Source of the DNA: an uncultured Candidatus Sumerlaeota bacterium
GTDB taxonomy: Bacteria > Sumerlaeota > Sumerlaeia > SLMS01 > JANRJK01
Reading direction: 5' to 3'
NCBI GenBank assembly: GCA_964618855.1
Contig: CAZUCD010000001.1
Span: 1 to 55,027 of the forward strand
DNA length: 55,027 nt
This document shows, in pieces, positions 46,601 to 55,027 of this stretch (the stretch's first letter is position 1; each line of letters begins with the position of its first letter). The position numbers and the translations under genes were made by a program. The notes below the pieces were generated by a model that was given only the letters and a program-made list of their open reading frames with translations, had not been told where the DNA came from and did not search any database.

Positions 46601-47506
46601 ATGCCGACGCCGGAACCACGCCTGGAAATCTCCGGCGTCACCAAGGTCTACCCGAACCTGAGGCGCGCACTCGACGACGTGGCGCTGACGATCGGCGAGG
46701 GCGTCTTCGGCCTGCTCGGGCCGAATGGCGCAGGAAAGAGCTCGCTGATGGAGATACTCAGCGGCGGCCTCGACTTCGAGCGTGGGCGCGTGACCATCGG
46801 CGGGAAGATTGACCTGGTCCGCGACGCGCCCCTTTGGCGTCGCAACCTTGGGTACATGCCGCAGTCGTTCGACTTTCCCCACAATGTGACGGGCCGGGAA
46901 GTGCTGGAGGAGGCCGCGGTCATGTCGGGGCTGTCCCCGCGACGGCTGAAACCCCGCATCGACGTGCTGCTGGAGCGCGTCAACCTTGCAGCCGCAGCTT
47001 CCCGCCACGCCGCGGGCTACAGCCGCGGCATGAAGCAGCGCCTTGCCATTGCCATGGCCCTGCTCGCCGATCCCGTCCTCCTCCTACTCGACGAGCCGAC
47101 GGCCGGACTCGACCCGGAGGAGCGCGTCTTCTTCCGCGAGCTGCTGGCGTCGACCTCGAAGGGCCGCGTCGTGATCCTCTCGACACACATCGTGAGCGAC
47201 ATCGAGCGCTGCTGTTCCCGCATCGGCGTGATCGTGAAGGGACGGGTCCTGTTCGAGGGCGCACCTTCCGCGCTCACGGGGAAACTCGCGGCGCGCACTT
47301 GGGAAATGCCGGTCACTCCCCAACAGATCGACGAGTGGGTCCGTTCCCGCCGGCTTGTCGCCCTGCACGAACGCGGGAACGGAGCCGTCGCGCGCCTCCT
47401 GTCCGCGGAGAAGCCCGGGGAGTCCGCCATCCCGGTCGAGGCCACGCTCGAGGATGCCTACGTCGAGGCGATCGGCAGCGGCCACCTCGCCGAGGTGGCC
47501 GAGTGA
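46601..47506 (+). CDS. ABC transporter ATP-binding protein
   Basis: Walker A is GPNGAGKSS, the signature is YSRGMKQRL, and Walker B is LLLLDEPTAGLD. It starts 1 nt after the previous stop. Confidence 0.93.
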   Translation: MPTPEPRLEISGVTKVYPNLRRALDDVALTIGEGVFGLLGPNGAGKSSLMEILSGGLDFERGRVTIGGKIDLVRDAPLWRRNLGYMPQSFDFPHNVTGREVLEEAAVMSGLSPRRLKPRIDVLLERVNLAAAASRHAAGYSRGMKQRLAIAMALLADPVLLLLDEPTAGLDPEERVFFRELLASTSKGRVVILSTHIVSDIERCCSRIGVIVKGRVLFEGAPSALTGKLAARTWEMPVTPQQIDEWVRSRRLVALHERGNGAVARLLSAEKPGESAIPVEATLEDAYVEAIGSGHLAEVAE

Positions 47507-48261
47507 GCGCCGACGAACGCGCCACCGGGCCACTTTCCCCCAAGCCGGGTGAGGGCGCCGTCTCCAACGCCCTGCACGCGTGGTGGGGATGGCTCAGCCT
47601 TTGGTTCGAGCCCGAGTACCGCCGCGGTTTCTATCGACTCCTGGCGGTGGAACTGCGCGTGCTGCTCGGAATGCGGCTCGTGTTCGCGGCGATGGTCCTC
47701 GCCGCGGCAGCCGGATGGCTCGTGATGGTGCAGGTTCCCGACGCCGCCTCAGCCTGGCGTTTCCTCGGCAGGTTGTTCTCTGCGCTCGCCATCCTCTTCG
47801 CGGCGCCGATCTTCGCCTCGGAGCAACGCCAGGGGACCCTGGAGCTCGTCTGGCTGGCGACCGGGTCGCGGGCGGCGATGATCGGCATGAAGACCTTCGC
47901 GATCGTGGCGGCGCAGCTCGCCATGGCCGCGCCCTGCGTGTTCCTCCTCAGCAGGTTCCTCGGTGGATCGCTCCCCTTCGCAGGCACCATGTGGTGCCTG
48001 CTCGTGACGATCCTGTTCGTCACGGGGCTGCTGGCGCTGCTTGCGACCTACCTGCCGCAGCCCTGGGCCGGTGGACTCGCGGGCGTCGTGATTCTCGCGC
48101 CGCTCCTGTACCTGATGGAGGACTGGGACGCGAAGCTCAACCTCTTCGCCTCGCCGCTCCAGCCCGCCAACGTCGCCGTTGGACGCACGGTAGCACTGGT
48201 CCTCGGACTGGTGTTCCTCAACCTGGCGACCCTGCGCATGAAGCACGTGATGAAGGGCTGA
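47503..48261 (+). CDS. ABC-2-type transporter permease
   Basis: About 6 predicted TM helices. The GTG start overlaps the ATPase stop (GTGA, 47503-47506). The ORF upstream of 47503 lies in another frame over the ATPase gene. Confidence 0.78.
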   Translation: MSADERATGPLSPKPGEGAVSNALHAWWGWLSLWFEPEYRRGFYRLLAVELRVLLGMRLVFAAMVLAAAAGWLVMVQVPDAASAWRFLGRLFSALAILFAAPIFASEQRQGTLELVWLATGSRAAMIGMKTFAIVAAQLAMAAPCVFLLSRFLGGSLPFAGTMWCLLVTILFVTGLLALLATYLPQPWAGGLAGVVILAPLLYLMEDWDAKLNLFASPLQPANVAVGRTVALVLGLVFLNLATLRMKHVMKG

Positions 48262-48304
48262 TCGTCCGCGACGCCGGGGGCCCGACACCGCCCTGCAACG
48301 CGCA

Positions 48305-49246
48305 TCACCTCGTCCAGGCCAGCACACCAACCGTGGTGGCAACCCACAGGAGCACCGTCACGAGCAGGGGCAGGTCCTCCACGAGGAGCGCCTCGGGCGC
48401 TCCACCCTCATCCCTCTGCACCACGAGCCACAGATAACGGAAAATGCCGTAGATCACGAACGGCATGGTGAAGACCATCGCATAGGTGCCCGACTGGCCG
48501 GGGGAGTCCGCGCTGACCTTGGCGAACTTCCCCTGGGTCGTCCAAAGCGCGTAACTGAAGAGCACGCACCCGGTCGCGACCGTCAGGAGGATGTCCAGGT
48601 ACTCGGTGCTGTATTCGCGCAGGACTTCGCGGTGGTGCCCTGCATCCTCGCCGAGCACCACGAGTTCGTTGCGCCTCTTGCAGATCGCGAGGAACAGCGC
48701 CAGGAACAGGGTTGTCAGGATGAAGTAGCCCGTTACCTCGACCTCGCGCCCGCCGACCTTGATCGCCTCGATCCCCGCGATGGCACGGATCACGAAGCCC
48801 ATCGCCAGCGTGAGGATGTCGAGCACGACGACGTTCTTGAGCCGCAGGGAGTAGGCCGAACTCAGGATGAAGTAGACCACCGCCGAAGCCGCAAACGGGA
48901 GGGGCAGCACCGCGAACGCCACCGCCAGCGCCGCGATCAGAAGCCCTCCCCCGAAGACACCTGCGACTTTCGGCGAGACCGCGCCTGACGCGATCGGCCG
49001 CGACTTCTTGCGCGGATGCTGCCGGTCCTTCTCCGCATCCAGGATGTCGTTGGTGATGTAAACGACCCCGGCCAGCGCACAGAACACCGCGAACCCGAGG
49101 GCGGCGTTCCTGAGCGCGATGGGATCTCCCCACTGCCGCGCGAACACGACGCCCGCGAACAGGAGCAGGTTCTTCGTCCACTGCTTTGGACGGAGGCACT
49201 TGAGGAGGGGGAGGATCATGCGTCGGGGCGCCGGTTCGGACTCCAA
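48305..49246 (-). CDS. UbiA-family prenyltransferase, decaprenyl-phosphate phosphoribosyltransferase-like
   Basis: LKCLRPKQWTKNLLLFAGVVFA and YITNDILDAEKDRQHPRKKSRPIASG follow the DPPR-synthase subfamily pattern. There are multiple TM segments. Confidence 0.85.
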   Translation of the reverse strand: MESEPAPRRMILPLLKCLRPKQWTKNLLLFAGVVFARQWGDPIALRNAALGFAVFCALAGVVYITNDILDAEKDRQHPRKKSRPIASGAVSPKVAGVFGGGLLIAALAVAFAVLPLPFAASAVVYFILSSAYSLRLKNVVVLDILTLAMGFVIRAIAGIEAIKVGGREVEVTGYFILTTLFLALFLAICKRRNELVVLGEDAGHHREVLREYSTEYLDILLTVATGCVLFSYALWTTQGKFAKVSADSPGQSGTYAMVFTMPFVIYGIFRYLWLVVQRDEGGAPEALLVEDLPLLVTVLLWVATTVGVLAWTR

Positions 49247-49312
49247 GGCCCGGCAGGGTCCCCCGGGTGCGCGTGTGCCGCGAGCATTATTGCCCCCCTC
49301 GCATCCCGGGAG

Positions 49313-49349
49313 GGGAAAAGAATCGGGGCCGGGGTTTCCCCCGGCCCCG
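49313..49349 (-). terminator. Rho-independent terminator of the Hsp70 operon
   Basis: On the minus strand: CGGGGCCGGGG-GAAA-CCCCGGCCCCG (11-bp GC stem, GNRA loop), then ATTCTTTTCC. It begins about 27 nt after the Hsp70 stop. Confidence 0.78.
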
Positions 49350-49375
49350 GATTGGCGAGCCAGTTCGAGCGGGGA

Positions 49376-51130
49376 TCAGGCCCCTGCCTCCATCGCGACG
49401 AGGACGCGCAGCACCTCGTCGATCGTCTCGTGCACTTCCTCCTCGTTGCCGGACTCGAGCGCGTCGCGCAGGCGTCCCGCCTTCGTCTCGAGCTCGTTTC
49501 GCATCGGGTGCGTCCCTGAACGGCCGAGCGCCCCCTCCGCGCGCTCGAGGATGTTGCGCGCCTCCTCCTGCCGGGAGTCCTTGATCTTGGAGGCCAGCAT
49601 GCGCGAGACGCGCTCCTTCGCCTCCTTGATCATGCGGTTCTTGTCGTCGTCGCGCAGGCGGTTGTCGGTGGCGGTGATGGTGATCTGCTTTTCGACGCCG
49701 GTCGCGAGGTCCTCGGCGCGCACCTGCAGGATGCGGTCCGGGGTGAGCGTGAAGGTCACCTCGATGCGGGGCACCCCCTTCGGCGCGGGCGTGATGCCCT
49801 CGATGCGCAGGAGGTCGAGGAACGTGTTTGCGGAGGCCGTGTTGTCCTCGCCCTCGTAGATCGGGAAGCTGATCGCCTCCTGGAAGTCGCGCGTCGTGGT
49901 GAAGATGTCCTTCGCCTCGGTCGGGTACGTGGAGTTGCGCGGGATCAGTGGGTTGAACTGGTCCCCTTGCAGGCCCACGCCGAGCGAGAAGGGCGTGACG
50001 TGGATCACGACGGGCTTCGCCATGTTGTACTTCTGGGCGAGAGTCTCCTCGAGGTCGCCCGCGAGGGGTGCCAGGACGAGCGTCTGCACCGCGGCGCCCA
50101 TCGCCACCACTTCCTCGGGCGACTTGTCGCGGTTGGGGTTCTTGCCCATGAACTCGCGGCAAATGCGTTGGATCATGGGGATGCGCGTCGAGCCGCCGAC
50201 GAGCAGGATGTTCTTAACCTTGTCGGGGGACAGCTTGGCGTCGTTGAGCGCCTTCTCCATCGGCTGGACGGTGGCCTCGAAGAGGTCCTTGTTGAGGCCC
50301 TCGAAGGTGTCGCGCGTGACGACGGTGTCCAGCGTCAGCGGCCCCTTGTCCGTCATCGTGATCGCCTCGACGAGAACGTGCGTCTCCTTGAGTTCGGAGA
50401 GCTCGATCTTCGCCTCCTCGGCGGCCTCGCGGAGGCGTTGCATGGCGATCGGGTCCTGGGCGAGGTCGACGCCGTGCTCCTTCTTGAACTGGTCCACGAG
50501 GTGGGTGGTCATGCGGCGGTCGAAGTCGTCGCCGCCAAGGTTCGTGTTGCCGGAGATGGCGCGCACCTGGAACACACCGCTCATGATCTCGATGATCGAC
50601 ACGTCGAACGTGCCGCCGCCGAGGTCGTACACCATGAGGATCTGGTCCTCGTCCTTCTCGAAGCCGTAGGCGAGCGCGGCGGCGGTGGGCTCGTCGATGA
50701 TGCGGCGCACGTTCAGGCCCGCGATTTCGCCGGCGTCCTTCGTTGCCTGACGCTGCGTGTCCGTGAAGTACGCCGGAACGCAGATCACCGCCTGGTTGAT
50801 CTCCTCGCCGAAGTAGTCCTCGGCGTCCTGCTTCATTTTCTGGACCACCATCGCGCTGATTTCCTGGGGGGTGTACTCGCGCCCCTCGATGCGGATGCGG
50901 TGGCTTGTGCCCATGTGGCGCTTCACACTGAAGACCGTGCGGCCGACGTTCATGATCGCGCCGCGCTTGGCCTTCTTGCCGACGAGGATCTCGCCGGACT
51001 TCGAGAAGCCCACGACCGAGGGCGTGATGCGCTCGCCGAGGCTGTTCGGGACCACAAACGGGCCGTTCTTCTCCATGACCGACATCACGGAGTTCGTCGT
51101 GCCCAGATCGATGCCGAGTATCCTGCTCAT
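49376..51130 (-). CDS. Hsp70-family chaperone (DnaK paralogue, 584 aa)
   Basis: ILGIDLGTTNS, DEPTAAALAYG, VYDLGGGTFDVS and LVGGSTRIP are present. The ATG at 51130 was verified and GGGGAG lies upstream. The interdomain linker reads KPVVIHVTPFSLG after an insertion, not the usual DVLLLDVTPLSLG. Confidence 0.93.
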   Translation of the reverse strand: MSRILGIDLGTTNSVMSVMEKNGPFVVPNSLGERITPSVVGFSKSGEILVGKKAKRGAIMNVGRTVFSVKRHMGTSHRIRIEGREYTPQEISAMVVQKMKQDAEDYFGEEINQAVICVPAYFTDTQRQATKDAGEIAGLNVRRIIDEPTAAALAYGFEKDEDQILMVYDLGGGTFDVSIIEIMSGVFQVRAISGNTNLGGDDFDRRMTTHLVDQFKKEHGVDLAQDPIAMQRLREAAEEAKIELSELKETHVLVEAITMTDKGPLTLDTVVTRDTFEGLNKDLFEATVQPMEKALNDAKLSPDKVKNILLVGGSTRIPMIQRICREFMGKNPNRDKSPEEVVAMGAAVQTLVLAPLAGDLEETLAQKYNMAKPVVIHVTPFSLGVGLQGDQFNPLIPRNSTYPTEAKDIFTTTRDFQEAISFPIYEGEDNTASANTFLDLLRIEGITPAPKGVPRIEVTFTLTPDRILQVRAEDLATGVEKQITITATDNRLRDDDKNRMIKEAKERVSRMLASKIKDSRQEEARNILERAEGALGRSGTHPMRNELETKAGRLRDALESGNEEEVHETIDEVLRVLVAMEAGA

Positions 51131-51152
51131 TGCTTGATGCTCCCCGTGCGAG

Positions 51153-51674
51153 TCATTGCGCCACCACAACCTTGGCGTCCCTCAGGATCTTCCCGCGAAA
51201 ATAGTATCCCTTCTGGGCCACTTCGACCACCGTTTCCGGTGGAACACTTGGATTTCGGACTGTCTTCACGACCTCGTGAAGGTTCAAGTCCAGTTTGCTC
51301 CCAATGCAGTCCATCGGCACCAACCCGATCGACTCGACCGCCTTCTGTTGCTTCGCCTGGAGTGCCCTCAGGGACACCAGCCAGTTGTCCAGCTCCGGGT
51401 TCTTCTCCACCGATTTCTGCGCGAAGTCCACGATGCGGTCCAGCCCATCCAGCGAACCGAGCAGGTTCTTGACGAACATGCGAAGCTCGCGGTCATCCTT
51501 GCCCGGCTCCATCACGACCCTGCCCAGCCTCTCGGTCAGGGTCGACACCTGCCGCGCGGACTCCTCGGCAAGCGCGAAGACGTCGTCCTTCCCGCCCCCC
51601 TCCCGATTCACCTCAAGTTGAGGAAAATCATCGGGGAAGACGAGCCGCCACGCCTTTTCCTGCAGTCGGGCCAT
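51153..51674 (-). CDS. grpE: GrpE-like nucleotide exchange factor (short, 173 aa)
   Basis: The C-terminal beta-domain pattern is GSKLDLNLHEVV...VVEVAQKGYYFRGKILRDAKVVV. Its ATG shares one base with the upstream stop (TGATG at 51674). Confidence 0.83.
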   Translation of the reverse strand: MARLQEKAWRLVFPDDFPQLEVNREGGGKDDVFALAEESARQVSTLTERLGRVVMEPGKDDRELRMFVKNLLGSLDGLDRIVDFAQKSVEKNPELDNWLVSLRALQAKQQKAVESIGLVPMDCIGSKLDLNLHEVVKTVRNPSVPPETVVEVAQKGYYFRGKILRDAKVVVAQ

Positions 51675-53116
51675 CAGCGCTTCATCTTCAGGTCGCTCAG
51701 CGCCTTTCGGGCAAGCTGATTCTTGGGATCGATCTGCAGCACGGCCTGGTACTCCTGCATCGCCGACCTGATGTCGCCCTTCATGTCGTAGGTGGCGGCG
51801 ATTTCTAGGTGAACCTCGGCGCTCTGCGGCAACATGCGCAGCAGGGACTTGAAATGGACCAGGGCGTGGGTGAACAGCCCCTTGTCCCGGGCTTGTTTCC
51901 CCACGAGGAGGCGCGCCCGGACGACCGATTCCTTGATCCGCGCATCCTTCGGGTCGAGAGAGAGCGCCCGCTGCCACATGTTGAACGCCTCGTCCACCCG
52001 GCTCGCGTTCAGCAGCGTCCACCCCCTCAGGTTGAGCACTTCCGTGCTGCGCGGGTGCAGTTTGCCGAGTTCATCCAACTGCGCGAGCGCGTCGGCCCAC
52101 TGCTGCAGCTCCATCAGGGCGTGCACGAGCTGGAAGCGTGCGTCGCTGTCCTTGGGGTTCAACTCGATGACGCGGCGGCACCGCGAGGCGATGGCGGCGG
52201 GGGAGTCCGTGGCCGGCGGGCCCGATGGCTGGGAGCCCCCGACGACCGGCTTGGCGATCTGGGGTGCCGAACTGCGGGAGGGCGGCGGGGAAGGGGGGGC
52301 GGTCTGGCGTGGCACCGTCGTCTGGGACGGCATCGGCACGGCCTGGCTGCTCGCGTTGATCTGGTTCTCACCCGCCTCGATGAGCCCGCCGTGGTGGCGG
52401 TGCGCCTCGATGATGCAGAAGCGCATGTACTCGGAGTCGTCGCCCTTGGCCTCCATGCGCTGCGACCACCGCTGGACCGTTTCCGCCCAGTAGCGCCCGG
52501 CCCTGTCGTGCTGGTTCAGCTTTTCGTACGTCAGCGCCAGGTTGTGCATCAGCGCCGCGTTGTCGGGGTTTAGCTGGATCGCCTTCTCCCAAACCTCGAT
52601 CGCCTCGTCCTCGATGCCATGGAGGGCATAGGTCGTTCCGAGGGTGACGTATCCGCCGAACAGGTTCTGCCTCGCCCGCGCATGGGTCGGCTCCAGTTCG
52701 AGCACCTCGGCCCAGTCGCGCACGGCTTCGGGCCACTGCTTGCGTAGCATCTTGGCGCGGGCGCGCTTGAGGAGCAGCGCGATGAACCGCTCCCGTGCGG
52801 CAGTGTCGGTCGGGAAGGACTTGTAGGCCGTCCGCGCCGTCTCCACCGAATCGTCGATCGGCGGGTCCGTGTCGGAGGACTGCTCGTCCGGGGCGAAGAT
52901 GAAGTCGCACTTCAGAATGTTGAGGGTGTGGATGTCCTCCCGGGCCCGCTGCTCTGAGTCCCGGAGCCGGTTGTACGCCGACTGGATCACCATGAACCGC
53001 TCGGTATGGCGTTCGGGGTCGAACCTCTTAACGAGTTCGATATAGGCCCGCTTGATCTCCTCCTCGCTGGCCCCCTTCTGGAGCCCGAGGATGGCGTAGG
53101 CGCTGGCTTCAGCCAT
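51674..53116 (-). CDS. J-like domain / TPR-repeat protein
   Basis: The N-terminus aligns with DnaJ J-domains (AYAILGLQKGASEEEIKRAYIELVKRFDPERH...IQSAYNRLRD) but reads DPE where HPD is expected. Multiple TPR-like repeats are split by a Pro/Ser-rich linker. Confidence 0.85.
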   Translation of the reverse strand: MAEASAYAILGLQKGASEEEIKRAYIELVKRFDPERHTERFMVIQSAYNRLRDSEQRAREDIHTLNILKCDFIFAPDEQSSDTDPPIDDSVETARTAYKSFPTDTAARERFIALLLKRARAKMLRKQWPEAVRDWAEVLELEPTHARARQNLFGGYVTLGTTYALHGIEDEAIEVWEKAIQLNPDNAALMHNLALTYEKLNQHDRAGRYWAETVQRWSQRMEAKGDDSEYMRFCIIEAHRHHGGLIEAGENQINASSQAVPMPSQTTVPRQTAPPSPPPSRSSAPQIAKPVVGGSQPSGPPATDSPAAIASRCRRVIELNPKDSDARFQLVHALMELQQWADALAQLDELGKLHPRSTEVLNLRGWTLLNASRVDEAFNMWQRALSLDPKDARIKESVVRARLLVGKQARDKGLFTHALVHFKSLLRMLPQSAEVHLEIAATYDMKGDIRSAMQEYQAVLQIDPKNQLARKALSDLKMKR

Positions 53117-53289
53117 GTGCTATCGAATCCCGACCGAGGGTTCGCCCGATGGGCGGATTGGGTGAACGGCTGCCCCCCCGACACGAATGGCCGGGCAGGA
53201 TTCCCTGCCTGACGGCGCGCCCGTGACGGGACGACCGTGCTGCGCAATGCTCACGGTTGATGCGACCTTGGACGGGGGATGGGCGCGCG

Positions 53290-53802
53290 TCAAGGCTCGG
53301 CACTCGCCCCCGGCGATCCGGACTCCGCCCACCACGCCGCGTGGCGGGGGAGGTCCTTCAGCGACCACATCCGTGCGAAACCGAAAGCCATCATGCAGAG
53401 GATGAGGACCCCCGTCGCCACACCCATTGCGCGGTCCGAAACCGGAGGCTCCTCCTCCCACCGGCGCACCCACGCCCGCGGAAGGAACAGCCCCGAAGCC
53501 AGCAAGACAAACAGCCCCGCGAACATGAACCCGAACGGATTGTAGGCCCACGCCAGCCCGAAGTCCCCATGCAGGATGTTCGTGACCGAACGCGTCAATC
53601 CGCACCCGGGACATGGAAGCCCCGTGACCTTGTGGAGCATGCACGCCTGAAATCCGAGCCCCTGAGTGGGCAGGAAGATTCCGGCCAACAGGCCGGCGAC
53701 GCCGATCAACCCCGCGCCGCGCCCGAAAAGCATCGAGAAGGAACTCCGGCGGCGGCGAGCCACGGGTCCGAAGTTCTCACCCTCCGACCCGGAAGTCGGC
53801 AT
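53290..53802 (-). CDS. DUF2752 family membrane protein
   Basis: It carries the GLPCPGCGLTRS signature and TM helices. The start is uncertain (candidates 53832, 53802, 53733). The ORF opens at 53907, inside the upstream gene. Confidence 0.68.
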   Translation of the reverse strand: MPTSGSEGENFGPVARRRRSSFSMLFGRGAGLIGVAGLLAGIFLPTQGLGFQACMLHKVTGLPCPGCGLTRSVTNILHGDFGLAWAYNPFGFMFAGLFVLLASGLFLPRAWVRRWEEEPPVSDRAMGVATGVLILCMMAFGFARMWSLKDLPRHAAWWAESGSPGASAEP

Positions 53803-54364
53803 GGCCTGCGATGATGCGATCGACTCGGACATCGTGCGCTTCCAGCGGAACTTCCCCCACGACCTGACAGGAATGACAGACTGCGACGAGCGGCACGCGC
53901 CCCGCAAGCTGCGTTAGCAGCCGATCGAAAAACCCGCCACCTCTTCCCAGTCGGCCCCCACGGCGGTCGAAGGCCAGCCCCGGCACCAGCACCAGTGCCA
54001 GCGATCCCGCCTCGACCCGCCGCGCGAGCGATGTGTCCGGTTCCCGAAGCCCCATCGGGCCCCCGACGACTTCCTCCAGCCGGCCAACTTCCCACAGGCT
54101 GAGCGTCCCCGTCGTTTCAACCTTTGGCAGCACGACCGAGCCACCCCGCGCAAGGACCTCGCGAAGGTACTCGGTGGTGTCGATCTCCTCGCGGAGCGGA
54201 AGCGTTCCCAGAACCACCCACCCATCACGCGGCGGGAACTCGCGCATGAGTGTTCCACAGGCAGCGACGGTCTCCGCCCGGCGCACATCCGGTGGAAGTC
54301 CGGAGAGCGCGGACTTCATTCGGGCGCGCAGGGCGCGCTTGGCGGCCACCTCCTTAAGTCCCAC
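53777..54364 (-). CDS. 5-formyltetrahydrofolate cyclo-ligase
   Basis: 195 aa. The pattern is KRALRARM..., LVLVPGLAFDRRGGRLGRGGGFFDR, PLEAHDVRVD. Confidence 0.87.
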   Translation of the reverse strand: MGLKEVAAKRALRARMKSALSGLPPDVRRAETVAACGTLMREFPPRDGWVVLGTLPLREEIDTTEYLREVLARGGSVVLPKVETTGTLSLWEVGRLEEVVGGPMGLREPDTSLARRVEAGSLALVLVPGLAFDRRGGRLGRGGGFFDRLLTQLAGRVPLVAVCHSCQVVGEVPLEAHDVRVDRIIAGHADFRVGG

Positions 54365-55027
54365 TGGGGTAGCCCTCGTCCGTGATGTCGCCGGCCAGCT
54401 TCCGCCCGTCGAGGCCCATCATGAGGGCGTGCCCACTTCGCGCCGCCCACTCCGGGGGACCGTCGAGCAGGCCGAGCCACCTCCGCGCAGACAGCATCCA
54501 CCGAGGCCTCGACCGGGCCTCCGACCGGCCACGGGCCTCGGCTTCCGCCATCAGCCCCGGTGCTGCCTGACGAAGCGCGCGCAACTCCGTCCCCAGGCGA
54601 TGCCACCGGCGATAGTGGGCAGCGGGGGACTCCAGGGATGCGACCTCCGCGACGGCCCTCGCGGAAAACCCGAAGCCCGTTCCCGCCCTATGCAGCCGCG
54701 CAAACAATTCGGCCGTTTCCAGTCCTGCGAACCCGACGTCGGCCCGGAAGGACCTCTGCGCGAGTAGCGCCCGAGGGCAGCTCCAATGCGCGGGATCCGC
54801 CCTGTGAGACGCCACAGGAGCCCCGTCCTCCCAGGCAGGCGGTTGGAAGCGGCGGTGCGCCAACCAGTGCTCGAACATGAACCCTGCCGAGGTATCCGCC
54901 CAGCGCGTGTTTCCGATCAGGACGCGGGCCTCGCCCCCGCTGTGCTCGACCGCGTGGGCGCGCAGGCAGCCATGCGATGGCACCACGTCATCGTCCAGGA
55001 ACAGCAGCACGTCGCCGCAGGCCCGCG
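54354..55027 (-). CDS. Family-2 glycosyltransferase, 5'-truncated by the window edge
   Basis: It has the DxD context LLFLDDDVV. The reading frame stays open to the window end (..DVLLFLDDD read from the DNA), so the N-terminus lies outside the window. Confidence 0.72.
   Translation of the reverse strand, partial: RACGDVLLFLDDDVVPSHGCLRAHAVEHSGGEARVLIGNTRWADTSAGFMFEHWLAHRRFQPPAWEDGAPVASHRADPAHWSCPRALLAQRSFRADVGFAGLETAELFARLHRAGTGFGFSARAVAEVASLESPAAHYRRWHRLGTELRALRQAAPGLMAEAEARGRSEARSRPRWMLSARRWLGLLDGPPEWAARSGHALMMGLDGRKLAGDITDEGYPSGT

Overview
High-GC (about two-thirds G+C by eye, not computed) bacterial chromosomal segment. It is densely coding: about 47 protein genes. I found no rRNA or tRNA genes, no CRISPR array, and no transposase, integrase or phage genes. 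Calls rest on motif-level reading of the ORF track, checking start and stop codons in the DNA, and manual hairpin searches. No database search was possible. Housekeeping genes are clear: deoA, pckA, gap, icd, dapA-family, ruvC, rnhB, class-A PBP, ribBA, long-form greA, an EF-G paralogue, 5-formyl-THF cyclo-ligase. The long GreA and the GspG-like pseudopilins with no secretion machinery nearby suggest a PVC-type or related lineage, but this is inference only. Many long alternative-frame ORFs are Arg/Ala/Gly/Pro-rich shadows typical of high-GC DNA and were rejected. Main candidates for something new: (1) 31757-37144, a tightly spaced same-strand gene run (three junctions overlap start and stop codons) that combines an OlsB/OlsA-type N-acyl-amino-acid lipid core with an NRDE/TANGO2 homologue, a DedA::ATP-grasp fusion, a PAT-type GNAT and a PLDc_N mini-protein. 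(2) 45375-48261, two tandem membrane-anchored proteins made of ribosomal L7/L12-CTD-like repeats, coupled to ribBA upstream and an ABC-2 transporter downstream. (3) 49376-53116, an accessory Hsp70 / GrpE / TPR J-like triad whose J domain reads DPE where HPD is expected. (4) An EF-G paralogue with the catalytic His replaced by Ser, a pseudo-caspase lipoprotein, a secreted PAD-type deiminase, and a low-GC3 single-gene island.
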